Positions 16,170 through 24,235 of a stretch of DNA of 28,393 bases are shown piece by piece. The stretch covers positions 1 through 28,393 of the IMG/VR virus record IMGVR_UViG_3300032144_000034. One strand, 5' to 3'. The stretch's first letter is position 1, and each line of letters opens with the position of its first letter. The DNA is from a virus (Duplodnaviria > Caudoviricetes). The notes beneath the pieces are model-generated. The model had not been told where the DNA came from. It made no database searches and saw nothing but the letters and a program-made list of their open reading frames with translations. A program made the position numbers and the translations under genes.

Positions 16170-16414
16170 CACCAGAAGACGAGATTCGACGAGGCGAAGA
16201 AGCCTCGCGCATTGCGAACAACCCACTCTTCAAGGAATCGATGGCGGTCTTGAAACAGGCCCTCATCGACCAATGGCAACTAACGCCCTTGAAGGACACC
16301 GAGATGCGCGAGCACCTCTGGGCCATCTACGTGGGGACGCACAAGTTCGAAGAAATACTCCGATCAATCATGGATAGCGGAAAGATGGCCGCCATCCCGA
16401 AACCGCAGGTGTAA
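16166..16414 (+). CDS. Small protein preceding scaffold
   Basis: EEASRIANNPLFKE...W..TP.KDTEMREHLW...GKMA; usual position between portal and scaffold in these podoviruses. Confidence 0.75.
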   Translation: MTPEDEIRRGEEASRIANNPLFKESMAVLKQALIDQWQLTPLKDTEMREHLWAIYVGTHKFEEILRSIMDSGKMAAIPKPQV

Positions 16415-17359
16415 ATGGACGCTGTCGTAGCAGAGAAAAGCATCGAAGATCGTTTCGCAGCCCTCGAAGAACCCGAAGCGCCTCCCGAAGAAAAGGTAGA
16501 TGCCCAGGAAGAAGCTGCTCCCGAGGCGAAAGAGGAAGCGCCTGTAGAGGCCAAGGAAACAGACGAGAACGTCATCGAGCTGGACCCCGATGCTCCTCTG
16601 TTCGACATGGAGGTCGCGGTAGAAGGGGGAGGTAGGGAAGCGAAGAAGGTTTCCCTCGCCGAACTCCAGAAGGGTTACATGATGCAGTCCGACTATCAGC
16701 GCAAGACCGCTGAAGTCGCTCGGGAGCGTGAAGCCATCCGCACCGAGGTCAAGAAAACGGTGGATGCCGAGACTGACAAGTACATCCACAACATCCGGGT
16801 ATTCCAGGAAGCGGTCGTGAAGATGGCCGCTCCTGAGCTGGGCAATGTCAACTGGGCGGAACTGGCCAAGGACGATCCAGCCAGATATGTCGAGTTGAAA
16901 GCGAAGGCGGAGAACGTGTTTCAGGTTCTCCAATCCGCAAATGCAGAGGTTGAGAAGGCTAACAACCAACGCAACGCGGAGATGCAGCAAACGCTTCAGA
17001 AGCAGGCCGCAGACGCGGTCGAGGTCTTGAAGCGTGACGTGCCCGACTGGTCCGACGAACTCTATAGCGGTGTCCTGGATACCGGTGTGAAGGACTACGG
17101 ATTCACTCGGGAAGAAATGAACCAAGTGACCGATCCCAGAGCTATCAAAGTGCTCCTGGACGCGAAGAAATATCGCGCTCTCCAGGCAGCCAAGCCCAAC
17201 GTGGAAAAGAAGCTGGTAGCGGTGCCCAAGGTCTTAAAGCCAGGCTCAACTGCTCCAACGGATACGGAAACACAAAAAGCGCGAGAGGCCCGTCAGGCTC
17301 TCAAAAAGAGCGGCTCTATGGACGCCGCACGCAATGTTTTCCTTCAAATGGAGCGATAA
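16415..17359 (+). CDS. Capsid scaffolding protein
   Basis: Acidic N-terminus, VSLAELQKGYMMQSDYQRKT motif, coiled coil, PKVLKPG near C-terminus. Directly upstream of the MCP. Confidence 0.85.
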   Translation: MDAVVAEKSIEDRFAALEEPEAPPEEKVDAQEEAAPEAKEEAPVEAKETDENVIELDPDAPLFDMEVAVEGGGREAKKVSLAELQKGYMMQSDYQRKTAEVAREREAIRTEVKKTVDAETDKYIHNIRVFQEAVVKMAAPELGNVNWAELAKDDPARYVELKAKAENVFQVLQSANAEVEKANNQRNAEMQQTLQKQAADAVEVLKRDVPDWSDELYSGVLDTGVKDYGFTREEMNQVTDPRAIKVLLDAKKYRALQAAKPNVEKKLVAVPKVLKPGSTAPTDTETQKAREARQALKKSGSMDAARNVFLQMER

Positions 17360-18607
17360 ATGGCAGTCCCAACTGGTACTTTTCAGACCTTCCAGAGCAT
17401 CGGCAATCGGGAAGATCTGAGCGACATCATCTACGACATCTCGCCGACTGGAGTTTCGGTCCGCTGATTCGAAAGGATCAGTTGCAACTGGGTGAATTGC
17501 TGGGAAGCCTAGAACAGGCAATCAGCAGCCAAGCCGCGCAGGGATGTGCGGAAGGTTCAGAGACTAGGCGCATACCGCTAGATCAGCGATGCAGCGCCCA
17601 CGAGTGCCCAGCCCCCTCAGGGGTGAAGATATAGTCCGAACTGCATGGGGACATGCAGAAGCACGGGATAAAGAGCCTGTGCGGTAACAGGGGCGGAAAC
17701 CCCCTTCATGTCAGCCGCGGGCAAGCAAAACGTCACCGCGACCTACACCGAATGGCAGACTGACGCACTGGACGACGTTGGTGCAAACGCCAATGTCCAA
17801 GGCGACGACGCCTCGACCAACACCGCCGTTCCGACCGTTCGCCTGCGCAACTACTGTCAGATCCTTGACAAGGTAGCCCAGGTCTCCGGCACTCAAGAGG
17901 AAATCGACAAGGCGGGTCGCAAGTCGGAAATGGCCTACCAGATGGCCAAGCGTTCGCGTGAACTGAAGCGCGACCTGGAATACGCCCTGGTGCAGAACCA
18001 GTCGTCCACTTCCGGTGGCGCCGGGTCTGCTGCCCTGATGGCCTCCGTGGAGTCGTGGCTCAACAGCCGCACCGCTTCTGGTCAACGGCGTGGTTACACC
18101 TCCCTGCAACAGACCGGTACTGCGGCGACTTCCTCGGGCTACGTCTCGGGTACGGTTGCTGCTCCGACTGACGCCGCGACCCCGGGAACGCTGACGGAAC
18201 AGGCCCTCAAGTCTGTGATCGCAGAACTCTGGGACGCGGGTGGTGATCCGTCGACGATCATGGTGGGCGCTGCTGGCAAGCAGAAGATTTCCACCTCGTT
18301 CGCTGGTATCGCGACCCGTTACCGTGACGTTCCGTCTGGAAAACAGGCCCAGGTGATCGGTGGTGTGGATCTCTACATCTCCGACTTCGGCGAACACCGT
18401 ATCGTGCCCAACCGCTTCATGCGTACCCGCACGGTCCTGGCCCTGGACATGGAGTACTGGGCTGTGGGTTACCTGCGCGGCTTCCGTTCGAGCGATCTCG
18501 CAAAGACGGGTGACTCGATGCGTAGGCAACTGCTGGTGGAGGCGACCCTCATCGCCAAGAACCCGGCAGCCAGCGGCAAGATCGCTGACGTGAACTTCGC
18601 GCTGTAA
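17360..18607 (+). CDS. Major capsid protein (DUF5309/SU10-like), join(17360..17449,17696..18607), 333 aa
   Basis: Exon 1 MAVPTGTFQTFQSIGNREDLSDIIYDISPT joins exon 2 ETPFMSAAGKQNVTATYTEWQTD...RLRNYCQI..KVAQVSGT...AGRKSEMAYQ..KRDLE...YISDFG, restoring the family motif ISPTETPF. Confidence 0.93.
17450..17695 (+). ncRNA. Group I self-splicing intron, 246 nt, no ORF
   Basis: P AATTGCTGGGAA, Q AATCAGCAG, R GTTCAGAGACTAG, S AAGATATAGTCC. Exon ends in U17449 (U.G pair with G17458), intron ends in G17695. P1-P10 all form. Confidence 0.95.
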
Positions 18608-18613
18608 CTTGAC

Positions 18614-18639
18614 GGGGGAGCTTCGGCTCCCCCTTTCCT
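18614..18639 (+). terminator. Intrinsic terminator after MCP (short U-tract)
   Basis: GGGGGAGC-TTCG-GCTCCCCC (cUUCGg loop) followed by TTTCCT. Confidence 0.75.
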
Positions 18640-18912
18640 ATGGACACCTACACCGTACTGAAGATCGAGAAGGACCTTGTATCGGTTCGGTACGAGTTCA
18701 AGCTGGAGAAAGGGACTCAGGTCGAAGAAGTGGAACTGTCCGCTCCGACTGCCTCTTTAGAGAAGCTGGAAGCGGCCATTGTGGATCACGGCCTGCGACT
18801 GAAACCCGTCCGGAAGAAGGTGGAACCGGATCTCAATTCCATTGTCGGGATCACGAAGGATCTCGCCACGAAAAGCGTAGTCGAGAAAGGTGAAGAGACT
18901 CCTCGACTATGA
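18640..18912 (+). CDS. Hypothetical protein, 90 aa
   Basis: Open frame immediately after the terminator, codon usage like neighbours. Confidence 0.6.
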   Translation: MDTYTVLKIEKDLVSVRYEFKLEKGTQVEEVELSAPTASLEKLEAAIVDHGLRLKPVRKKVEPDLNSIVGITKDLATKSVVEKGEETPRL

Positions 18913-19210
18913 CCCCCTGACCGGGGTCAAGACGATGTTCGAGCACAACGACCTCACTGATGAATCCATCATCAGTTACGAGGCTGATGCGGAGCCGAAT
19001 CTCGAACACGCCAAGTCTTTGGCAAACGACGACGATTACACCCGGCAGGGCATGAAGCATTCAACTGTTCACTATGCCCACATCCCTGCCGTACTTCTGT
19101 TGAAATGGCACGCTGAGGGGGTCAACATCAAGGACAATCAAGAGCTGTTCAAGAAGGTGAACAGCCGAGAGTTCCGCTACCTGAAAACAACGAATATCGT
19201 TCATCGTTGA
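18890..19210 (+). CDS. Hypothetical protein typically found after the MCP
   Basis: DYDPLTG...HYAHIP....KW..EGVN....LFKKVNSREFRYLKT. Confidence 0.75.
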   Translation: MKRLLDYDPLTGVKTMFEHNDLTDESIISYEADAEPNLEHAKSLANDDDYTRQGMKHSTVHYAHIPAVLLLKWHAEGVNIKDNQELFKKVNSREFRYLKTTNIVHR

Positions 19211-20532
19211 ATCCCAGGTTACTGGAGGCGCATAGCCTCATCGGGACGGAACCCGACGTTGCTGCGAAGATTTGCTCGGAGGTTCTGAATCAGAACCCGA
19301 ATGACCCCGAAGCGCTCTTCGTTCTCTGCTCAACCTTCATCAAGGCTGAGAGATGGGGAATAGCGGCAACTCTGGCTAGACGCTGCACTGAACTCGTCCC
19401 GCACAAGTATCAGGCGTGGTCGAACCTGGGTTTGGCTCTATCGGCCTGCAACCAGAGTGACGAGGCAAGGAAGGCCCTGAAGAAGGCCCTCAAGATCAAG
19501 CCGGACGCCACTCCGCCGCTGAACAATCTGGCGCTGATGGAAGTCCACGAGTGCAATCCTCAGTTGGCCATCGCCTACGCGGATCGAAGTCTCGCCATAA
19601 ACCCCGATCAGAAGGACGTAAAGGAGTCCAGGGGATACGCACAGTTGATGCTGCACAACTGGGCTGAAGGTTGGGAAGGGTACGAGGCGATGATCGACAA
19701 CTCGCCCTTCCGGATCATGAAGCCCTTGAGGGGCGAACCCTACTGGGCCGGAGAGAAGGGCTGCAACCTGTTCGTCCGGAGTGAACAGGGTATCGGAGAC
19801 GAAATCTCCTTCCTCTCGATCATGGGGGAAGCCAGACGAGACAATCAGATCGTCTACGAGACCGATGCTCGGTTGGAGGGACTGGTAAGACGCTCCTTCC
19901 CGGGTCTTGAGGTTCACGGGACTCGTTACATGAAGCCGCGGGGCTGGACGGCTGAAGTCGATACGAGCTGTCTGGTTGGGACCTTTGGGAAACACTACAG
20001 ACAGAAGGACGAGGACTTTCCTGGGACTCCCTATCTGGTCGCAGATCCGGAAAGACGACTCCAATGGAGGGCGCTGCTAGATACTCTTCCTGGAAAGAAG
20101 ATCGGGATAGCCTGGACCGGTGGCTTAGCGAATACCTTCAGGCATCGGAGATCCTTCAATCTCGAAGGCTTGTTGCCGATCCTTTCCAAGGACGCTACGT
20201 GGGTAAGTCTTCAGTACAAAGATCCCACAGCGGAAATCGCGGAGTTTCAGGCGAAACACGGTATCCAGATCCACCACTGGAAGCGCGCTTCGGAAGCTCA
20301 GGATTACGATGAGACAGCCGCTCTGGTGGCGGAACTCGACTGCGTAGTGTCTGTGACGACAGCGGCAATTCACCTTGCTGGTGCTTTGGGGAAGAAGGCA
20401 TACGTCCTTGTTCCTAACCGCCCACGCTGGTGGTACGGGATGACCGGATCGAAGTCGGTCTGGTACGACAGCATCGAGCTGTTCCGCCAAACCGACAAGT
20501 GGCCTGTCGAGATGGTGGCCGAGAGACTGTGA
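19207..20532 (+). CDS. TPR-repeat protein fused to GT-B (GT9-like) glycosyltransferase
   Basis: TPRs (AWSNLGLAL...EARKALKKALKIKPD, NNLA...SLAINPD), then EQGIGDEI, KIGIAWTG, WVSLQY, ETAALVAELDCVVSVTTAAIHLAGALGK, WYDSIELFRQ. Confidence 0.88.
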   Translation: MNPRLLEAHSLIGTEPDVAAKICSEVLNQNPNDPEALFVLCSTFIKAERWGIAATLARRCTELVPHKYQAWSNLGLALSACNQSDEARKALKKALKIKPDATPPLNNLALMEVHECNPQLAIAYADRSLAINPDQKDVKESRGYAQLMLHNWAEGWEGYEAMIDNSPFRIMKPLRGEPYWAGEKGCNLFVRSEQGIGDEISFLSIMGEARRDNQIVYETDARLEGLVRRSFPGLEVHGTRYMKPRGWTAEVDTSCLVGTFGKHYRQKDEDFPGTPYLVADPERRLQWRALLDTLPGKKIGIAWTGGLANTFRHRRSFNLEGLLPILSKDATWVSLQYKDPTAEIAEFQAKHGIQIHHWKRASEAQDYDETAALVAELDCVVSVTTAAIHLAGALGKKAYVLVPNRPRWWYGMTGSKSVWYDSIELFRQTDKWPVEMVAERL

Positions 20533-21209
20533 AAATCTTCATCGGGTACGACGACAAGGAAACCGTAGCTTTCCATGTCCTGTCCCACTCGATCCTGAGT
20601 CGGTCCTCGATCCCGGTTGAAATCACCCCCCTGAACAGACGGAACCTGGTCGAAATATTCGACCGTCCCAGGGGGGAACTCGAATCCACTGATTTCAGCA
20701 TCTCCCGGTTCATGGTGCCCTACCTCTGTAACTACGAGGGATGGGCAGTATTCATGGACTGCGACATGCTGTGCCAGGTCGACATAGCTTGGCTAGCTCA
20801 GTACATGACCCCGGTCCAGGAACACCGGTACGCGGTTCAGTGTGTGAAACACGACTACGAGCCGAAGGAGAAGACGAAGTTCCTGGGGGCGAAGCAGACT
20901 CAGTACTCCCGGAAGAATTGGTCGTCGCTCATGATATTTAACAATCAGCTTTGTAAAACCCTCACCCCTGAATACGTGCATTTCGGGACTGGGTTGAATC
21001 TGCACCAGATGGTCTGGGCTGATCGAATCGGGGAACTCCCGAGGGAATGGAACTACCTTGTGGGGGAAGAGAATCAGATGGGTCCTCCCAAGATCATCCA
21101 CTACACGAAAGGTACTCCGTGCTTTTCGGAATACGCTCAAAGCGAAATGGCCGACCTGTGGCATCAAGAAAGGAAGGCGATGTTGTCGCCTACGGCTTCG
21201 GCCGGTTAG
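20529..21209 (+). CDS. GT-A (GT8-like) glycosyltransferase
   Basis: GTG 20529 overlaps the upstream stop. KIFIGYD, STDFSISRFMVPYL, FMDCDML (DxD), YSRKNWSS, EWNYLVGE, IHYT.G.P. Confidence 0.88.
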   Translation: MKIFIGYDDKETVAFHVLSHSILSRSSIPVEITPLNRRNLVEIFDRPRGELESTDFSISRFMVPYLCNYEGWAVFMDCDMLCQVDIAWLAQYMTPVQEHRYAVQCVKHDYEPKEKTKFLGAKQTQYSRKNWSSLMIFNNQLCKTLTPEYVHFGTGLNLHQMVWADRIGELPREWNYLVGEENQMGPPKIIHYTKGTPCFSEYAQSEMADLWHQERKAMLSPTASAG

Positions 21210-21964
21210 GGAAAGGAAGAATCACCCCGGTAGCGAAGTCCTACCAAGCACGGATTTCTGGAGCGGAAGAGTACGAAGGCGGTCACTCCCTGATCCACGG
21301 GGTGACGAATACAGTTGTCAGGGATGACACGATCAACGCCGGCTTCAACTGGTATCAGTTGGACTACGGGTACACAGGTGTTAGAGGCGAGTGGTGGCGG
21401 TTCACCAAGAACGCTCTCACCCAACCATACATACGTGATGTTCCTCCGGATCGGTGGGAGAAGCACAAGAGACGGATTCAGCCCTGGACCAAGGATGGGG
21501 GCCACATCCTCATCGCCCTACAGACAGGGTTTGCCTTGAGGTTCGGGGGTCACCCCAATTTCGAGCGAGAGATCAAAGACGAAATCCGGAAGTACACGGA
21601 CCGCCCGATCAAAGTACGGGCTAAAGGTATTGGTGGGATAGACAAGGACTTGAGAGGTGCTTGGGCTCTGGTCACGTCGAGTTCTTCAGCGGCGCTGGAT
21701 GCGATCTGCATGGGTATACCGGCATATTCGTTTCAAACCTGTACCAAACCTATTGAAGATCCTCTCTCGAAAATAGAGAAGCCGAGCTACCCCGAAAGGG
21801 AGCCTCTACTCTGGAGTCTCGCGTACTCCCAGTTCACCGCTGAAGAATTGCAAAACGGTTTCGCAAAGGAGCGGGTTGAAAGCGATAACGACGTTCTCGT
21901 CCCATGGGTACGAGCGCTACGCAAAACATTTACTCGAAACGTTCGTAAAGACGTGGCCGTGTGA
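21158..21964 (+). CDS. Capsule-synthesis (KpsS-like) GT-B glycosyltransferase-like protein
   Basis: LDYGY, IQPWTKDGGHILIALQ, IRKYTDRPIKVR.K, AWALVTSSSSAALDAICMGIP, LAYSQFT.EE. Start uncertain (21158 GTG vs 21047). Confidence 0.7.
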   Translation: MASRKEGDVVAYGFGRLGKGRITPVAKSYQARISGAEEYEGGHSLIHGVTNTVVRDDTINAGFNWYQLDYGYTGVRGEWWRFTKNALTQPYIRDVPPDRWEKHKRRIQPWTKDGGHILIALQTGFALRFGGHPNFEREIKDEIRKYTDRPIKVRAKGIGGIDKDLRGAWALVTSSSSAALDAICMGIPAYSFQTCTKPIEDPLSKIEKPSYPEREPLLWSLAYSQFTAEELQNGFAKERVESDNDVLVPWVRALRKTFTRNVRKDVAV

Positions 21965-22625
21965 TCTCGTAGTCTTCTACGAGAAGGAGCCGCCGGACTT
22001 TTCGCATGCAAAAGTCCAGTACCGGCCTCTCAGGGAACTGGAGAACAGGAAGGCGTTTTTCTCCATATCCGAGCTGATTCCAGGCTCTAACGGGACGGCA
22101 AAAGGCGACTACAGCTACACCTGGGATGCGCGGAAGTTCTGCAACAAGGTGTTCGCTCAGTTGGCCGTTGAGGACGACTACACGTTCTGGCTCGATGCGG
22201 ACGTGGTGTGTCATGAACCGATCAGTAAAGACTATTTACTGGGGTTGGTGGAAGACACCTGTGTGACCTATTTCGGTAGGGAAGGGACGTACCCCGAAAC
22301 AGGGTTTCTGGGGTTCAACCAGACCCACCCGGACTGGCCGAAGTTCAAGGCTCAGTACGAGGCGGTTTACCTGACCGGGAACATCTTCAAGCAACCGGGC
22401 TGGCACGACTGCTACGCACTGAAGGTAGCACTGAAGGACATCGCGCAGAGGAATCTATCCCCGATGGGGAGAGGCTATGAGGACGTGATTGGAAGCTCAG
22501 AACTCAGTCAGTACCTGGAACACCGCAAGGGGCAACGCAAGTACCGACCCTTTGTATCACGCGATGCTGAACGACGGGTTAATCCTGGAAAGACATCCGT
22601 TAGCGAGTTCTTCCTACGGCGTTGA
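21876..22625 (+). CDS. GT-A fold glycosyltransferase / nucleotide-sugar transferase
   Basis: ITTFS..GY..Y, WDARKFCNKVFA, FWLDADV (DxD), ETGFLGFN, WHDC, HRKG. Confidence 0.8.
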   Translation: MKAITTFSSHGYERYAKHLLETFVKTWPCDLVVFYEKEPPDFSHAKVQYRPLRELENRKAFFSISELIPGSNGTAKGDYSYTWDARKFCNKVFAQLAVEDDYTFWLDADVVCHEPISKDYLLGLVEDTCVTYFGREGTYPETGFLGFNQTHPDWPKFKAQYEAVYLTGNIFKQPGWHDCYALKVALKDIAQRNLSPMGRGYEDVIGSSELSQYLEHRKGQRKYRPFVSRDAERRVNPGKTSVSEFFLRR

Positions 22626-23631
22626 GGAAAAGAACGCCGTTCTAGAAGTCGTCAATTCCGGCATGTTCACAATGGGTGAACGCGTCCGAAAGTTTGAACA
22701 GAAGTTTGCCGAGTACATCGGGACCAAGTACGCAGTGATGGTCAACTCCGGGTCTTCGGCGAATCTTCTCATGGTCGCTGCCTACACCCTGAAACACGGC
22801 CCCGGGACGGTCGTTGTCCCTGCGGTTTCCTGGGCGACCTCTTACTCCCCATTCCAGCAGTACGGGTGGAAGCTCCGGTTTGTCGATATCGACAGGCAGA
22901 CCCTCAACTACGACCAGATGGGGTTGTGGAATGCGTGTGAAGACTATCCGGACCTGATTCTCGCGGTGAACCTTCTGGGGAACCCGAACAACTTCTACGG
23001 CTTCCCCCGCAGGGTTCAGGTTCTTGAGGACAACTGCGAATCTCTAGGAGCGGTGTACCAGGGCAAGAAAACCGGCTCCTTCGGGCTGATGGCTTCCCAC
23101 TCGTTCTACTTCGCTCATCACATTAGCTGTGGTGAGGGCGGCGCGATCACGACGGACAGCCGTGAGCTGTACGAGATGCTCTTGTGCCTGCGGTCCCACG
23201 GATGGACCCGTCACCTTCCTGAAGACAATGTTCTGAAAGTGAAGCCTGGTCAATTCGACTTCATCTACCCCGGATACAACGTCCGGCCTACAGAGATACA
23301 GGCTGCGCTGGGACTGGTCCAGTTGGAGAAGCTCCCGGAGATCATCAGGGTCCGGAGAGAGAACGCCTCCCGATTCCCGCTCAAGACGCAGAAGGAAATC
23401 GGTGAGTCTTCCTGGTATGGCTTCGTGGTTTTTGGTGACGACGTGAACAGAGTCAAGGAGTCCTGTGAAACCCGTCCTGTGGTGACAGGGAATTTCCTGC
23501 GCTCTCCGTCGATCAAGTACTACAACTACGAAGCTGGTCCAACGCCGAACGCGGACTACATCCACGACAACGCCTGTTTCATCGGCAATCACGCATACAA
23601 AATAGACTGGGGATTCCTTGGCGCTCGCTAA
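22564..23631 (+). CDS. DegT/DnrJ-family PLP enzyme, ColD/RfbH-like NDP-4-keto-6-deoxysugar 3-dehydratase
   Basis: PLASS, FTMG, VNSGSSANLLM, VSWATSYSP, EDNCESLGA, SFYFAHHISCGEGG (His at the Schiff-base Lys position), LRSHGW, PGYNVRP. Start 22564 preferred to 22489. Confidence 0.88.
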   Translation: MLNDGLILERHPLASSSYGVEEKNAVLEVVNSGMFTMGERVRKFEQKFAEYIGTKYAVMVNSGSSANLLMVAAYTLKHGPGTVVVPAVSWATSYSPFQQYGWKLRFVDIDRQTLNYDQMGLWNACEDYPDLILAVNLLGNPNNFYGFPRRVQVLEDNCESLGAVYQGKKTGSFGLMASHSFYFAHHISCGEGGAITTDSRELYEMLLCLRSHGWTRHLPEDNVLKVKPGQFDFIYPGYNVRPTEIQAALGLVQLEKLPEIIRVRRENASRFPLKTQKEIGESSWYGFVVFGDDVNRVKESCETRPVVTGNFLRSPSIKYYNYEAGPTPNADYIHDNACFIGNHAYKIDWGFLGAR

Positions 23632-24235
23632 CTACACCGATCTGAAAGCTTCGGTAGCGAACTGGCTCCACCGGGACGACCTCGTCTCCCAGATCCCTGA
23701 CTTCATCGCCTTGTGTGAGGCGGCTTTCAATCGGAAGCTCCGTATCCGTGCGATGGAGACGCAGACGACGCTATCGACAGTCGCTAGCACTCGTGGAGTA
23801 ACCCTCCCGACCCGCTACCGTCAGATGAAGCGGATTTACATCTCTGGGGATGCTCAAAAGCTGACCTTCGTCAGTACCGAGGAGATGTATCAGCGCTACA
23901 CCACGAACGGCAGGCCGAAGGTCTACTCCATCGAGGGGGAGAGCGTCCTGTTCGGTCCTATTCCGAATGCGGTCTACTCGGTCCCCATCAACTACTTCGC
24001 TGCCTTCCAAGCACTCTCCGATTCGAATGCAACAAACTGGGTGCTGACCAACGCCCCAGATGTGTACCTGTACGGGACCCTCGCGGCGGCAGAACCGCAT
24101 ATCGTCAACGATGAACGGCTCGCGATGTGGAAGTCGCTCTACGGGGAAGCAATTGCAGCCCTTCAAACTGAGGACGACAGGGATAGAGCTTCAGGAACGG
24201 CTCTGACGATGCGTTCCGACACCGGGAATCCGTGA
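23618..24235 (+). CDS. Head-tail adaptor (tail tubular A-like)
   Basis: ALANYTDLKASVANWLHRDDL..QIPDFI.L.E...NR.LR...P.P...TNW.L...PDVYLYGTL. Confidence 0.85.
   Translation: MALANYTDLKASVANWLHRDDLVSQIPDFIALCEAAFNRKLRIRAMETQTTLSTVASTRGVTLPTRYRQMKRIYISGDAQKLTFVSTEEMYQRYTTNGRPKVYSIEGESVLFGPIPNAVYSVPINYFAAFQALSDSNATNWVLTNAPDVYLYGTLAAAEPHIVNDERLAMWKSLYGEAIAALQTEDDRDRASGTALTMRSDTGNP

Noticed and set aside
17450-17695. Intein or in-frame 82-codon insertion (length divisible by 3)
   Set aside because: In-frame TGA at 17465-17467, and full group I RNA motifs are present.
17708-18607. 299-aa ORF as the complete major capsid protein
   Set aside because: It lacks the conserved GNREDL..I..ISP.ETPF N-terminus, which is encoded upstream across the intron.
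11799-20064. Long antisense ORFs (11799-12620, 13486-14256, 16364-17125, 17711-18529, 19438-20064)
   Set aside because: Mirror frames of GC3-biased structural genes, with no motifs.
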